A stretch of DNA of 64,000 nt from an uncultured Gemmatimonadales bacterium (GTDB lineage: Bacteria > Gemmatimonadota > Gemmatimonadetes > Gemmatimonadales > GWC2-71-9): contig CBFGTM010000013.1 in the NCBI GenBank assembly GCA_965652025.1, positions 5,429 to 69,428 of the forward strand, in the 5' to 3' direction. The notes under the pieces are model-generated. The model ran no database searches, had not been told where the DNA came from, and was given only the letters and a program-made list of their open reading frames with translations. A program made the position numbers and the translations under genes. Position 1 is the stretch's first letter. Each line of letters opens with the position of its first letter. Shown here piece after piece: positions 34,623-44,159 of the stretch.

Positions 34623-37600
34623 TCGGCCTCTGCCGGAGTCAGAGCCGGTTGCCGCGCGGCACTCCGGCGGCGGGAGCGCTCCACCAGTCCGTCAAAGATC
34701 AGGTACACTGTCGGTACCACGTAGAGAGTAAGCAGGGTGGAGAAAACCAGGCCGCCCACGATGGCATAGCCCAACGGGCGCCGGCTGAGCGACCCCGCCC
34801 CCAGGCCCAACGCGATCGGCAGCGCGCCCATGACGGTTGCTACCGAGGTCATCAGAATGGGACGCAGCCGGATGCGACCGGCTTCCTGCGCGGCCTCCAC
34901 GGGCGTCATGCCCCGTTCCTTGAGCTGATTGATGTACTCCACCAGAAGAATCGAGTTCTTCGACACCAGCCCGATCAGGAGAATCATGCCGATCTGGCTG
35001 TACACGTTCAGGGTGGATCCGGCCAGCTTGAGGGTGAAGAGCGCCCCGGTGACGGCCAGCGGTACGGCGAGGAGCACGGTGAACGGGTGAACCAGTGACT
35101 CGAACTGGCTGGCCAGGACCATGAAGACGACGACCAGAGCCAGAAGGAAAGCGAAGTAAAGCGCCGAACCACTCTCCTCCAGCTCCCGGGACTCACCCGC
35201 AAGCGCTGTACTGCTCCCTCGTGGCAGGACCTCGTCCGCAATCCGGGTCAGCGAGTCGAGCGCCTCGCCCAGGGTGAATCCCGGTGCCAGGTTGGCAGTG
35301 AGAGTGGCGGAGCGGACCCGGTCGAAGTGGTTGAGCTCCCGAGGCCCCACCCCTTCCTGGATCGTGGCCAGGGCCTCCAGCTTGACCAGCTCGCCTCCCC
35401 GACCACGCACGTACAAACCGGTCATATCACTCGGTGTCGCTCGGGCGCGCGGGTCGAGCTGGACGATGACATCGTACTGCTTGTTGGCCCGGGTAAAGGT
35501 GCTGGTCTGATTTCCGCCCAGCAGCACTTGCAGGGTTGTGGCCACATCCGAAACCGGGACACCCAGGTCCTCTGCCCGATCGCGATCGAAGCTGACGGTG
35601 AGCTGCGGCTTATTGACCCGGAGATCGCTGTCCACGTTGATCAAGCCCGGAATCTGCCTGGCTCGGGCGAGCAGCGTATCGTTCCCCCGGGCCAGAAGGT
35701 CGAAGTCAGGATGCTGGATAACGAAGTTGACCGGGCTGCCCCATCCGAAGGCCGGCGGATTGTTGGCAAAGGCAAACACTCCCGGGATTCCAAAGAACTG
35801 GCCCTGGACTTCACCAATGATCTCCTGGACCGACCGATTGCGTTTAGACCAGTCTAGCAGGTTGACGAAGATGATTCCGCGGCTGACCCCGTCGCCGATG
35901 TTGACTACGCTGAAGTAGCTATCGATGCCCTTGGTCTTCGCCAGGATCGCTTCGGCCTGACGCTGGTAGCTGTCGGTGTAGGCCAGAGAGGAGCCTTCCG
36001 GAGCGATAATGAAGTTGAAGAACCAGCCCCGGTCTTCGGGAGGAACGAACTCCCGCTTCATGGAGCGAAATACGACCACGGCTCCGAGGGTGACCATCAC
36101 TGTCACCGCCACAATCACCATCCGGTGGCGGAGAGCCAGGGCGAGGGTGCGGGCGTAGCCTGAAGCCAGCCGATTGAATCCCTCTTCCAGCAACCGATAC
36201 ATGCGCCCGTGGCGAGGGGGCACCCGCAGGATCTTGGCGCACAGCATCGGGGTGAGCGTCAGGGCCACGAACCCGGAGATGATGACCGCGCCAGCCACCG
36301 CAATGCCGAATTCGTTGAAGAGGCGTCCAGTAGAGCCCTTGAGGAAGGCGAGTGGGGTAAACACCGCCACCAGCGAAATGGTGGTGGCCAGCACCGCAAA
36401 AGCGATTTCCCGGGTGCCGTTGGTGGCGGCCTCAGCCGGACTCTCATCCAGCTCCTCCTGATGTCGGTAGGCGTTCTCCAGTACGATGATGGCGTCGTCG
36501 ACCACGATACCGATGGCCAGTGTCAGCGCGAGCAGGGTGAAGTTGTTGATGGAGAATCCCAGGAAGTACATGATGGCGAACGCGGCGATGATGGACGTGG
36601 GGATCGCCAGCCCCGGGATGATGGTCGCTCGAAGATTGCGGAGAAACAGGAAGATGATGATGACCACGAGAATCGCGGCGATGCCCAGCGTCTCCTCGGC
36701 CTCCTGGATCGAGCGCTTCACGAAGATGGACTGGTCGAACGCCGTATTGATTGCTACGCCCGGGGGAAGCGATGCCTGGATCCGGGGCAGCTCACCCCGA
36801 ATCGCTTCGGCGACCGAGATGATGTTGGCCTTGGACTGGCGGATGACACCGATGGCCACGGCGGGCGTCCCCTTGAAACGAAGGGCGCTTCTCTCGTCCT
36901 CGGCACCCAGCTCCACCCGCCCCAGGTCCTTGAGCTTGACCAGAATGCCGTCGGTGTTGCTGACGACCAGATTGCTGAACTCCTCCGGCGTCTTGAGCTC
37001 GCCCAGGGATCGGACGGTGAATTCCCGGCGTTGGGATTCGATCCGACCGGCGGGAACCTCGACATTCCGGGTTCGGATGGCCTGCTGGACGTCTTGAACG
37101 GTCAGGCCGCGGGCAGCCAGCTCGGAGGCGGAAAGCCAGACCCGCATGGAGAACCGCCGTTCTCCGAAAATCCGGGCCTGTCCCACGCCGGGAAGACTTT
37201 GGAGCCGGCTCTTCACCAGGCGGTCGCCGATGTCGGAGAGCTGCAACAGATCGTAGTTCTCTCCCGAGAGGGCGAGCCAGAAGAACGGCTGGGCATCCGC
37301 GTCTTGCTTGGCCACGACCGGCTCCTCGATGTCCTCCGGGAGCCGCTCTCGGACCCGGGCTACCTTGTCCCGGGTATCCTGTGCCGCCGCCTCCACATCG
37401 CGATCCAGATTGAACTCGAGGGTGATGTTGCTGAATCCTTCCGCACTGGAGCTCGTCAGGGTGCGCAGACCCTCGACCGTGCTGAGCTCCTCCTCCAGAA
37501 TGTCGGTCACCGCTGATTCGACGACCTGGGGGTTGGCACCCGGCAGGCCGGTGCTAACCGAAACGATGGGCGGATCGACATCGGGAAACTCCCGTACCGC

Positions 37601-37696
37601 AAGTTGGGTGTACCCGATGGCGCCGAAGAGCACCAGCGCCAGGCTAAGCATGCTGGCCAGCACGGGCCGCTGGATTGAGAGGTCGGAGATCTTCAT
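34619..37696 (-). CDS. RND efflux permease (AcrB/HAE1-like)
   Basis: 1025 aa. It starts MKISDLSIQRPVLA, carries the FLRN..ATIIP..IP.S motifs, and has 12 predicted TM segments with two large periplasmic loops. Confidence 0.95.
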   Translation of the reverse strand: MKISDLSIQRPVLASMLSLALVLFGAIGYTQLAVREFPDVDPPIVSVSTGLPGANPQVVESAVTDILEEELSTVEGLRTLTSSSAEGFSNITLEFNLDRDVEAAAQDTRDKVARVRERLPEDIEEPVVAKQDADAQPFFWLALSGENYDLLQLSDIGDRLVKSRLQSLPGVGQARIFGERRFSMRVWLSASELAARGLTVQDVQQAIRTRNVEVPAGRIESQRREFTVRSLGELKTPEEFSNLVVSNTDGILVKLKDLGRVELGAEDERSALRFKGTPAVAIGVIRQSKANIISVAEAIRGELPRIQASLPPGVAINTAFDQSIFVKRSIQEAEETLGIAAILVVIIIFLFLRNLRATIIPGLAIPTSIIAAFAIMYFLGFSINNFTLLALTLAIGIVVDDAIIVLENAYRHQEELDESPAEAATNGTREIAFAVLATTISLVAVFTPLAFLKGSTGRLFNEFGIAVAGAVIISGFVALTLTPMLCAKILRVPPRHGRMYRLLEEGFNRLASGYARTLALALRHRMVIVAVTVMVTLGAVVVFRSMKREFVPPEDRGWFFNFIIAPEGSSLAYTDSYQRQAEAILAKTKGIDSYFSVVNIGDGVSRGIIFVNLLDWSKRNRSVQEIIGEVQGQFFGIPGVFAFANNPPAFGWGSPVNFVIQHPDFDLLARGNDTLLARARQIPGLINVDSDLRVNKPQLTVSFDRDRAEDLGVPVSDVATTLQVLLGGNQTSTFTRANKQYDVIVQLDPRARATPSDMTGLYVRGRGGELVKLEALATIQEGVGPRELNHFDRVRSATLTANLAPGFTLGEALDSLTRIADEVLPRGSSTALAGESRELEESGSALYFAFLLALVVVFMVLASQFESLVHPFTVLLAVPLAVTGALFTLKLAGSTLNVYSQIGMILLIGLVSKNSILLVEYINQLKERGMTPVEAAQEAGRIRLRPILMTSVATVMGALPIALGLGAGSLSRRPLGYAIVGGLVFSTLLTLYVVPTVYLIFDGLVERSRRRSAARQPALTPAEAE

Positions 37697-37927
37697 GGCT
37701 TCAATTCCCCGTCATGGGTCGAGACTGCCGGTGAGCCGGCAACCCCATCACTGGTTAGTCGTTCGAAGCAACCGAGGATCGACACCGCAGCGGTGCCGGG
37801 GACGGACACAGTTAGATCGGGCAATGTCCGAAAGCGTTCCTTACGGACAAACCCGCTCCAGGATTCAGTCTGAGACAACCTTGGAGGCCCGGACGAATTA
37901 GATTGGTGAGCCCCTAACAACTGAACG

Positions 37928-38293
37928 ATGCCGCCGAAACTCTCCAGTCGCCAGCAGGCTCAACTCGCCTTTCTGGAACAGTTGCCGCCGAAGTTCCAGC
38001 GGATGCACAGCATCATCGAACAGATGACCAGCCTCAATGTCGATGAGACCATCCTGCGGGGCTTCGGCCGGATCCTGGACGAGATCAAGGGCAAGGCTAC
38101 TGCCCTCAGTCTCAACGGCTTAGCCGAAACGGCAGGGCTGATGGGGACCATGCTCCGGCGGGGCGGGGGCCTGCAGTTCAGGGTGCGGGGACTGCGAGAG
38201 CTGCTGGGCAGCCTGAAGAACAACTTCGATGCAGCGCTTCGGGAGGCGACTACCCCGGCGGGGGGTCCGACCGAGCCTGAGGCTTCGGCTTAG
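37928..38293 (+). CDS. small helical protein, paralogue of 31892..32218
   Basis: 121 aa. LRGFGRILDEIKGKATALSLNGLAETAGLMGTML aligns by eye with the corresponding stretch of the 108-aa protein. Confidence 0.6.
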   Translation: MPPKLSSRQQAQLAFLEQLPPKFQRMHSIIEQMTSLNVDETILRGFGRILDEIKGKATALSLNGLAETAGLMGTMLRRGGGLQFRVRGLRELLGSLKNNFDAALREATTPAGGPTEPEASA

Positions 38294-38460
38294 CCCGCGC
38301 GGCTCCTTCGGCGAGCCAGCATCCGATCGATCAGCGGCCCGCACATGAGAACGATCATGCCATTGATGAGGCCCCCGATCAGTGCCGAAACAAAGGTGAG
38401 GGCGCCCAGAATCAGGGCGGCACCGATGAAGGCGAGAAGCACTCCAATCCAGGACATCAT
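38290..38460 (-). CDS. small (56-aa) two-TM membrane protein
   Basis: MMSWIGVLLAFIGAALILGALTFVSALIGGLINGMIVLMCGPLIDRMLARRRSRAG. A GGGAGA Shine-Dalgarno-like sequence lies 4 nt upstream of the ATG at 38460. Confidence 0.45.
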   Translation of the reverse strand: MMSWIGVLLAFIGAALILGALTFVSALIGGLINGMIVLMCGPLIDRMLARRRSRAG

Positions 38461-38551
38461 CAGTCTCCCAGAAAGAACGTGGACGCGGCCGGCCAACATT
38501 AGCTGAACCGGTTCGGCTCTCGCAAGCCTCACCCTGCTACGGACAAGAGCC

Positions 38552-39202
38552 ATGAAAATATCAGCTGCTCAGATTCTGACGCTCACGCTCCTCGGCTCGC
38601 CCCTCGCCGCCCAGACGGCCGACTCGACCCGGACCGTGCCCGGTGGCGGCGAGCTTCCTGCCGGATGGAGTGCCCGCCCTGACGATAAAGGCAATTCGAA
38701 GGACATCAAATTCGTGGTCATGGAGCCGGGCTACCACCTGACGCTGGGGCCGGCCACGATATTGTATCGCAAGGAGGACCGGGCCCAGGGACCCTTTCAC
38801 ACCCTGGTCACCATCCATCAGATGAAGCGATGGGAACACCCGGAGGGCTACGGTCTCTTCTTTGGGGGCCGGGATCTGGAGGGGCCTAACCAGTCCTACA
38901 CCTATTTCCTGGTACGGGACGACGGGACCTTCAACATCAAGACCCGCAGAGGCGACAAAGTTTCCCAGGTGTCGGAAGGCTGGAAGCCGAATTCGGCAAT
39001 CAAGAAGGCCGACGCCAATGGGGCCACCAGTAATCTCCTCGAAATCGATGCCAAGAGAGATCCGAAGCGGATCAGCTTCAAAGTGAACGGGAAGGAGGTC
39101 TACTCCCAGCCGGCGCGGTCGGAGGACCTGAAGGGCATTGTCGGCCTCCGGGTGAACCACAATCTCGACGTTCACCTGGAAGGCTTTGCCCTCCACCAGT
39201 GA
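38552..39202 (+). CDS. secreted LamG/concanavalin-like jelly-roll protein (DUF1080-like, tentative)
   Basis: Signal LLGSPLAAQ. The sequence is beta-rich and ends in GIVGLRVNHNLDVHLEGFAL. The family call is from memory only. Confidence 0.6.
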   Translation: MKISAAQILTLTLLGSPLAAQTADSTRTVPGGGELPAGWSARPDDKGNSKDIKFVVMEPGYHLTLGPATILYRKEDRAQGPFHTLVTIHQMKRWEHPEGYGLFFGGRDLEGPNQSYTYFLVRDDGTFNIKTRRGDKVSQVSEGWKPNSAIKKADANGATSNLLEIDAKRDPKRISFKVNGKEVYSQPARSEDLKGIVGLRVNHNLDVHLEGFALHQ

Positions 39203-39220
39203 TCGCCTGCGCTCAGTGGC

Positions 39221-39248
39221 TTGACGCTTGCTCAGGCAGCCATACATT
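39221..39248 (+). promoter_or_regulatory. sigma70-like promoter candidate
   Basis: TTGACG (39221-39226), a 16-nt spacer, then TACATT (39243-39248). Confidence 0.35.
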
Positions 39249-39353
39249 AGCCTCGTGCACCCCTGGACTGCTCGAAACTGGAATCGACTTTCCGCCTGTG
39301 ACGCATTTACGTAGTCCGGACATGGGTGCGAGCAGTAGTCTGTGGTGATGTAT

Positions 39354-39387
39354 CGGCCCGCTCGTCTGTGTAGCGGGCCGTGTTTTT
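39354..39387 (+). terminator. intrinsic terminator inside the leader of the porin gene
   Basis: cggcccgct (39354-39362) pairs with agcgggccg (39372-39380) around a 9-nt loop. UGUUUUU follows. It lies 42 nt before the ATG at 39430. Confidence 0.6.
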
Positions 39388-39429
39388 AGGAGATCGCGCG
39401 GGCCGTATTCCTCAGTCCCTGGAGACCGC

Positions 39430-40296
39430 ATGCCGCGAGCAAATCTTCTGGTCGCCCCGTTTCTCTTCGCCGCCGCGACTCTGGCCGGGGTGCCTGCCGC
39501 AGCCCAGACGGAAATAGGCGCGGACCTCGGGCTCTTCAGCTCGTACGTCTGGCGCGGGTTATCGCTGACCAACAAACCAGTGGCACAGCCGGCCGTATGG
39601 GCCGCCATTCCGGTGGGGAATGCCTCGGTCACACTGGGCCTCTGGTCTTCCATCGACCTGGGTCAGTACGACGACCCCAATGATGACATCAGTGAGAGCG
39701 GTGGAAGCTCGAGCTTCAACCTGGCAGAGTACGAACCCTACGCGGAAGTGAGCTTTAACGCGGGGAAAGCCACGTTGACCGCTGGGGCACTTGGGTACAT
39801 CTATCCGAACGATGAGGATGCACCCGCCGCCGGTCTGCTGACCAATGACGCCAACACTCTGGAGATCTACGGAAAGCTGGGGTTGGATGCCGCGTTCAGC
39901 CCCGAGCTCTCGGTCTACTATGACGTCGACAACATCAATGGGGCCTATATCGAAGGGGGAGTCACCTACTCGCTGGCGGCGAGTGAGAAGGTCTCGATCG
40001 ACCTCGGTGCGCTCGCCGGTTTCAATGCGGGACAGGGTGTATCGGACAACCCAGTGAACGATGAGTCCGCCAACTTCGCCGACGATGGTTTCACCCACCT
40101 CGACGTCTCCGCCGGCGTTCCGTTCAGTGCCGGTGCCCTATCCATCACGCCAGTCCTGCACGTTGTAGTGGCCGGGGACGATTTCACTAAAATCACCTCG
40201 CCCACGGATGAGAGCGACGTGAAACTGTGGGGTGGGGTCTCGATCAGCTGGTCGAGGGTGCTTGGAGGAGTGCCGGAGGAAGAGGCCGAGCCCTGA
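39430..40296 (+). CDS. TorF-family (Gcw_chp) putative outer-membrane porin
   Basis: Signal AGVPAAAQ. The SSYVWRGLSLTN motif matches the family's S.Y.fRG.sqT signature. Alternating beta-strand pattern, with WGGVSISW near the C-terminus. Confidence 0.7.
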   Translation: MPRANLLVAPFLFAAATLAGVPAAAQTEIGADLGLFSSYVWRGLSLTNKPVAQPAVWAAIPVGNASVTLGLWSSIDLGQYDDPNDDISESGGSSSFNLAEYEPYAEVSFNAGKATLTAGALGYIYPNDEDAPAAGLLTNDANTLEIYGKLGLDAAFSPELSVYYDVDNINGAYIEGGVTYSLAASEKVSIDLGALAGFNAGQGVSDNPVNDESANFADDGFTHLDVSAGVPFSAGALSITPVLHVVVAGDDFTKITSPTDESDVKLWGGVSISWSRVLGGVPEEEAEP

Positions 40297-40308
40297 GGAT
40301 GAAGTCGG

Positions 40309-41661
40309 TCATAAGCTGTGAGCCACTTCCTCGAAGGTTTCTTCCAACCGACCGAGCATCTCTTTCAACAAATCCATAGGAATCCCCAGCGCCGGTTCGA
40401 TCCTGATCACCTGCGCCTTGGAGTAGGTGCCTGCCACCAGGACACCCCGCTTGAACAGGCCGGAGGCCACCTTCCAGCCGATCTCCTGGGCCGGAAATTC
40501 CATTCCGATCAGCAGTCCCTTCCCTCGGGTCTCCTTCAGCACCTGAGGATATTGCTGCTGCAGGCAGCCCAGCTCGCGGAGCAGGAACTCGCCCTTTATG
40601 GCAGCCTGCCCCGGCAGATCTTCCTCCAGAGTGACCTGAATTGCTGCCAGGCCCGCGGCGCAGGCGAGTGGATTGCCGCCGAAGGTGGTGGAGTGGATGA
40701 TTGGATTGGGGATCATCACCTCCCAGATTTCGGACGTAGAAATGAACGCCGACAGCGGCATGACTCCGCCCCCGATCGATTTCCCGACGCACATGATGTC
40801 TGGCACCACATTCCAGTGGTCCACTCCCCAGAGCTTCCCCGTTCGGCCCATGCCGGTCTGGATCTCGTCCGCAATCAGCAGGGCTCCATAGCGACTGCAT
40901 AGCTCGCGCGCGCGAGGGAAATATTCGGGGGGTGGAACGATGCCGCCCGCTTCACCCTGGACCGGCTCCAGCACTACCCCCGCGATGTGGACGCCTACTG
41001 CCTCGCAGCTGCGGAACTCCTGCTCCAGGGCGTCGGCATCTCCATAGGGGACAAACCGCACGTCCTGGAGCCCTGATTGAAACGGCTCCCGGAACGAGGC
41101 CTTGCCCATGAGCGAAAGTGAGCCCATCGACTTGCCGTGAAATCCACCCAAAGTCGAGATGAAGGTGCCACGCTTGGTGTACAACCGGGTGAGCTTGATG
41201 GCCCCTTCAATGGCATCGGTCCCGTTGTTGATGAAGAACGAGTTCTGCAGATCACCGGGCGTGATAGCCGCCAGCACTTTCCCCAGGGCTGCCCGCCAGG
41301 GCTCCAGCAACTCCTGGCTGTTCAAAGCCATGCGCTGGATCTGGTCGGTTACCGCCTTGACGATCCTGGGGTGGTTGACTCCGGCGCTGAAGATCCCGTA
41401 CCCGCCCAGACAGTCGATGTATTCCCGGCCCAGAAGATCCTGGAGGTTGGAACCCTGTCCCGACCACTCCAGCGCAGCAAACTGTCCCGCCTCGGTGACC
41501 GATTTTCGGTAGGTTATGAAGCCGCGGTTGTAGTACTGCTCGTAGCTTTCGACTGTCTCAGCGATGAAGGCCTGTTTTTCCTGCAGCGTCAGCTCTCCAC
41601 CGGCGATGAGGTCCAAATACCGCCGGGTCTGCTGCAACACTTGATCGTTCGATAGCCGCAA
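40309..41661 (-). CDS. class-III PLP aminotransferase (putrescine/diamine aminotransferase-like)
   Basis: 450 aa. GGFHGKS, LIADEIQTGMGRTGKLW and the PDIMCVGKSIGGG Schiff-base Lys context. Confidence 0.88.
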   Translation of the reverse strand: MRLSNDQVLQQTRRYLDLIAGGELTLQEKQAFIAETVESYEQYYNRGFITYRKSVTEAGQFAALEWSGQGSNLQDLLGREYIDCLGGYGIFSAGVNHPRIVKAVTDQIQRMALNSQELLEPWRAALGKVLAAITPGDLQNSFFINNGTDAIEGAIKLTRLYTKRGTFISTLGGFHGKSMGSLSLMGKASFREPFQSGLQDVRFVPYGDADALEQEFRSCEAVGVHIAGVVLEPVQGEAGGIVPPPEYFPRARELCSRYGALLIADEIQTGMGRTGKLWGVDHWNVVPDIMCVGKSIGGGVMPLSAFISTSEIWEVMIPNPIIHSTTFGGNPLACAAGLAAIQVTLEEDLPGQAAIKGEFLLRELGCLQQQYPQVLKETRGKGLLIGMEFPAQEIGWKVASGLFKRGVLVAGTYSKAQVIRIEPALGIPMDLLKEMLGRLEETFEEVAHSL

Positions 41662-41675
41662 TTAATCGGCGCTCC

Positions 41676-42833
41676 TTAGGCTGACTTGATCTCAGTCCAG
41701 ATCTGATCCCACGTCGCCGTGTCCTTACCCAAATCGACCTGGTACTCCAGCCGCTGGAGCTCCGCCTCCGTGGGATAGGAGACCGGGTTTTTCATGACCT
41801 TCGCGGCCGCGGCGTTCGGCGTACCATAGCCGGTAGCCTCCGACAGGGCGGCACCCACCTCCGGCCTCAGGATGTAGTTCATCCACTCATGCGCCGCGCG
41901 CTTGTTCGGCGCACTCTTGGGAATACACATGGAGTCCCCCCAGATGGTGCATCCCTCTTTTGGGATCACATAGCCGAGATTCGGCTGCTCCGCTTGAGCC
42001 TGGATGGTATCGCCATTCCACAGTTGGGACACCCATACATCGCCCGAGATGAGCTGTGCCTTGACGGGGGCGGAGATATAGGCCTTGAGGTTCTTCTTGG
42101 CCGCGATGGAATCGGCCTTGGCCGGGGCTAGCTCGGCCGGTTTGGTGGAATTCAGGGAGTGTCCCCGGTAGCGCAGCTGGGATCCGATGACCTCTCGCCC
42201 ATCATCCATCATCGTCATCTTCTTGGCGTAGCGCTTGTCGTGAAACACGGCCCAGCTGTCGATCGGGGTCTTGATCTTGTCGGTCCGGTATGCAATGCCA
42301 CTGGTGCCCCACTGCCAGGGGATAGTGAGCTTGTTACCCTGATCGGTGGGCAGATTCTGAAAGATCGGCGAAATGTTATTGAAGTTGGGAATGTATTCCC
42401 TGTTGATTGGGCTGATCAGGTCGGTCGCCACCATCACCGGGATGATGTACCCGCTGGGAACGACGATGTCATACCCGGTAGCTCCGGCCTGTAGCTTGGC
42501 CACCATCTCTTCATTGCTTTCATAAGTATCGTAGGTGACCTTGACCCCGAACTCCTTCTCGAAGTTGGGGACGGTATCCTCCGCGATGTAGTCGGACCAG
42601 TTGTAGATATGCAGCTCCTTCTCGATCGGCCCGAGATCTGCCAGGGACTGGGCCGGCGCGCTGTTGGTCCCTCCCCGGGAAGGCCGGTCGCCCCGCTGAC
42701 AGGCCTGCAGCAGAGCACCCACCGATCCCAGACCCAGGCCCAGGCCGAGAGTCCGGAGTACGAATTCCCGTCGAGGGATGGCACCACGCTCGAGTTGCTC
42801 CAGCAGGCAGTCGACTTCGGCGCGCTTGCTCAC
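41676..42833 (-). CDS. potD: spermidine/putrescine ABC transporter substrate-binding protein (PotD/PotF-like), Tat-type lipoprotein signal
   Basis: RREFVLRTLGLGLGLGSVGALLQAC (twin-Arg plus lipobox). LHIYNWSDYI and YDIVVPSGY are typical PotD/F motifs. Confidence 0.88.
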   Translation of the reverse strand: MSKRAEVDCLLEQLERGAIPRREFVLRTLGLGLGLGSVGALLQACQRGDRPSRGGTNSAPAQSLADLGPIEKELHIYNWSDYIAEDTVPNFEKEFGVKVTYDTYESNEEMVAKLQAGATGYDIVVPSGYIIPVMVATDLISPINREYIPNFNNISPIFQNLPTDQGNKLTIPWQWGTSGIAYRTDKIKTPIDSWAVFHDKRYAKKMTMMDDGREVIGSQLRYRGHSLNSTKPAELAPAKADSIAAKKNLKAYISAPVKAQLISGDVWVSQLWNGDTIQAQAEQPNLGYVIPKEGCTIWGDSMCIPKSAPNKRAAHEWMNYILRPEVGAALSEATGYGTPNAAAAKVMKNPVSYPTEAELQRLEYQVDLGKDTATWDQIWTEIKSA

Positions 42834-42884
42834 GATTCTTCTTATTAACCGGTTGTCCCGTGCGCCCCACGTCGGCGCCCCGGG

Positions 42885-44147
42885 CTACCCCAACAAGTCA
42901 CGGGTTCGATAGTACCCTCCCACGAAGGGAAGGAACCAGGGAACTCCGTTGTACAATGGAATTGCTCGGAACTTCTTCGTGCCCAGATCGGGAATCTCTC
43001 CGTCACCCGCAATGACCTTAGCCATCCGGTTTCCCAGATAGGTGGCGAGCGCCACACCGTGTCCGCAGTATCCCATGGCGTAGTAGATGCCAGCGTGGCG
43101 CCCAGCATGCGGGAGGTGATCCATAGGGTAGGCCACCTTCCCGGACCAGGCGAACTCGACTCTGATGGCCGCCAGCTCGGGAAATACCTCTCGCATGCCG
43201 GCTTCCAGAATCGCCGCACTGCGCCGGATGCCGGTCGGGGTGAACGAAGCCCGACCTCCAAAGACCATACGCCGGTCGGGTGAAAGCCGGAAGTAGTAGA
43301 GCAGATTCTTGGTGTCGCTGAACACCCTTCCGCGGGGGACCAACCGCCGAGCCACTTCAGGAGCGAGCCGGCTGGTCGCAATCTGATAACTCCCGATGGG
43401 AATGACGCGGCGGCGAAGGGCCGATAGGGCGGGCGGCGTATAGCCGTTGGTTGCGGCAAGCACTTCTCTCGCCCGGATCGTGCCATCCTTAGTGGCGATC
43501 TCGAACCCGGCCGCTACTCGCCGGACCCCGGTGACCGTCGTGTGCTCCAGGAGCCGAGCACCGGCTCGTTGTGCCGCAGCTGCCAAGCCATGGACGTACT
43601 TGGCCGGGTGCAGGGACCGACCCCCGGGATCCACCAGGCCACCGTAATAGCGGTCAGACCCGATTTCCCGGCTCAGCTCACGGGGGCCGAGCAGCTCGGT
43701 TGCGTACCCTAGGCGGTCCTGCAGGAAGCGCCCGCTCTCTTCCAGAGTCCGAAGGTGGCTCGGTTTTGCAGCCAGGGTCACCGAACCGCACTGAACGAAG
43801 TCACAGCTGATGGCTTCCTCGACTATGACTCGCTCGAGAAAGCCAATGCCATCGAGGGTGAGCTGGAACATGCGGGCGGCCCGCTCTTCGCCTAACCGCT
43901 CATACAGCTCTGCCATCTCCGGCTTGTAGCCCGGAAGCACGAACCCACCATTTCGCCCGCTGGCTCCCCAGCCCATCGTATGCTGTTCCAGTACCGTGGT
44001 GTCAATTCCCCGCCGGGCCAGCGTCCGAGCAGCGGAAAGGCCGGTGTAACCGCCGCCGATCACGGCTACGTCGGTGGAGGCGGGCAGGGGACAGGCTGGT
44101 AGGCGGGCGGGCTCCGTGCTTTCAGTCCACAGACAACGCTCGAGCAT
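42885..44147 (-). CDS. FAD-dependent oxidoreductase (DAO family; gamma-glutamylputrescine-oxidase/PuuB-like)
   Basis: DVAVIGGGYTGLSAARTLARRG is a dinucleotide-binding fold. 420 aa. The gene is embedded in the pot operon. Confidence 0.85.
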   Translation of the reverse strand: MLERCLWTESTEPARLPACPLPASTDVAVIGGGYTGLSAARTLARRGIDTTVLEQHTMGWGASGRNGGFVLPGYKPEMAELYERLGEERAARMFQLTLDGIGFLERVIVEEAISCDFVQCGSVTLAAKPSHLRTLEESGRFLQDRLGYATELLGPRELSREIGSDRYYGGLVDPGGRSLHPAKYVHGLAAAAQRAGARLLEHTTVTGVRRVAAGFEIATKDGTIRAREVLAATNGYTPPALSALRRRVIPIGSYQIATSRLAPEVARRLVPRGRVFSDTKNLLYYFRLSPDRRMVFGGRASFTPTGIRRSAAILEAGMREVFPELAAIRVEFAWSGKVAYPMDHLPHAGRHAGIYYAMGYCGHGVALATYLGNRMAKVIAGDGEIPDLGTKKFRAIPLYNGVPWFLPFVGGYYRTRDLLG

Positions 44148-44159
44148 TCCGGGTCCCGC

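Noticed and set aside
36209-37516. 435-aa plus-strand ORF antisense to the RND permease (with similar cases at 5787-6845, 7710-8720, 11910-13010, 51738-52838, 53351-54019 and 60264-60977)
   Set aside because: All lie opposite genes with clear family motifs and have Arg/Gly/Asp/His-rich low-complexity translations. These are the expected long antisense ORFs of high-GC genomes.
42845-43486. 213-aa minus-strand ORF overlapping the FAD oxidoreductase in another frame
   Set aside because: The alternative frame (42885-44147) has the GGGYTG dinucleotide-binding motif and a full-length DAO-family layout. This ORF is a frame-shadow with a Pro/Arg/Ser/Trp-rich translation.
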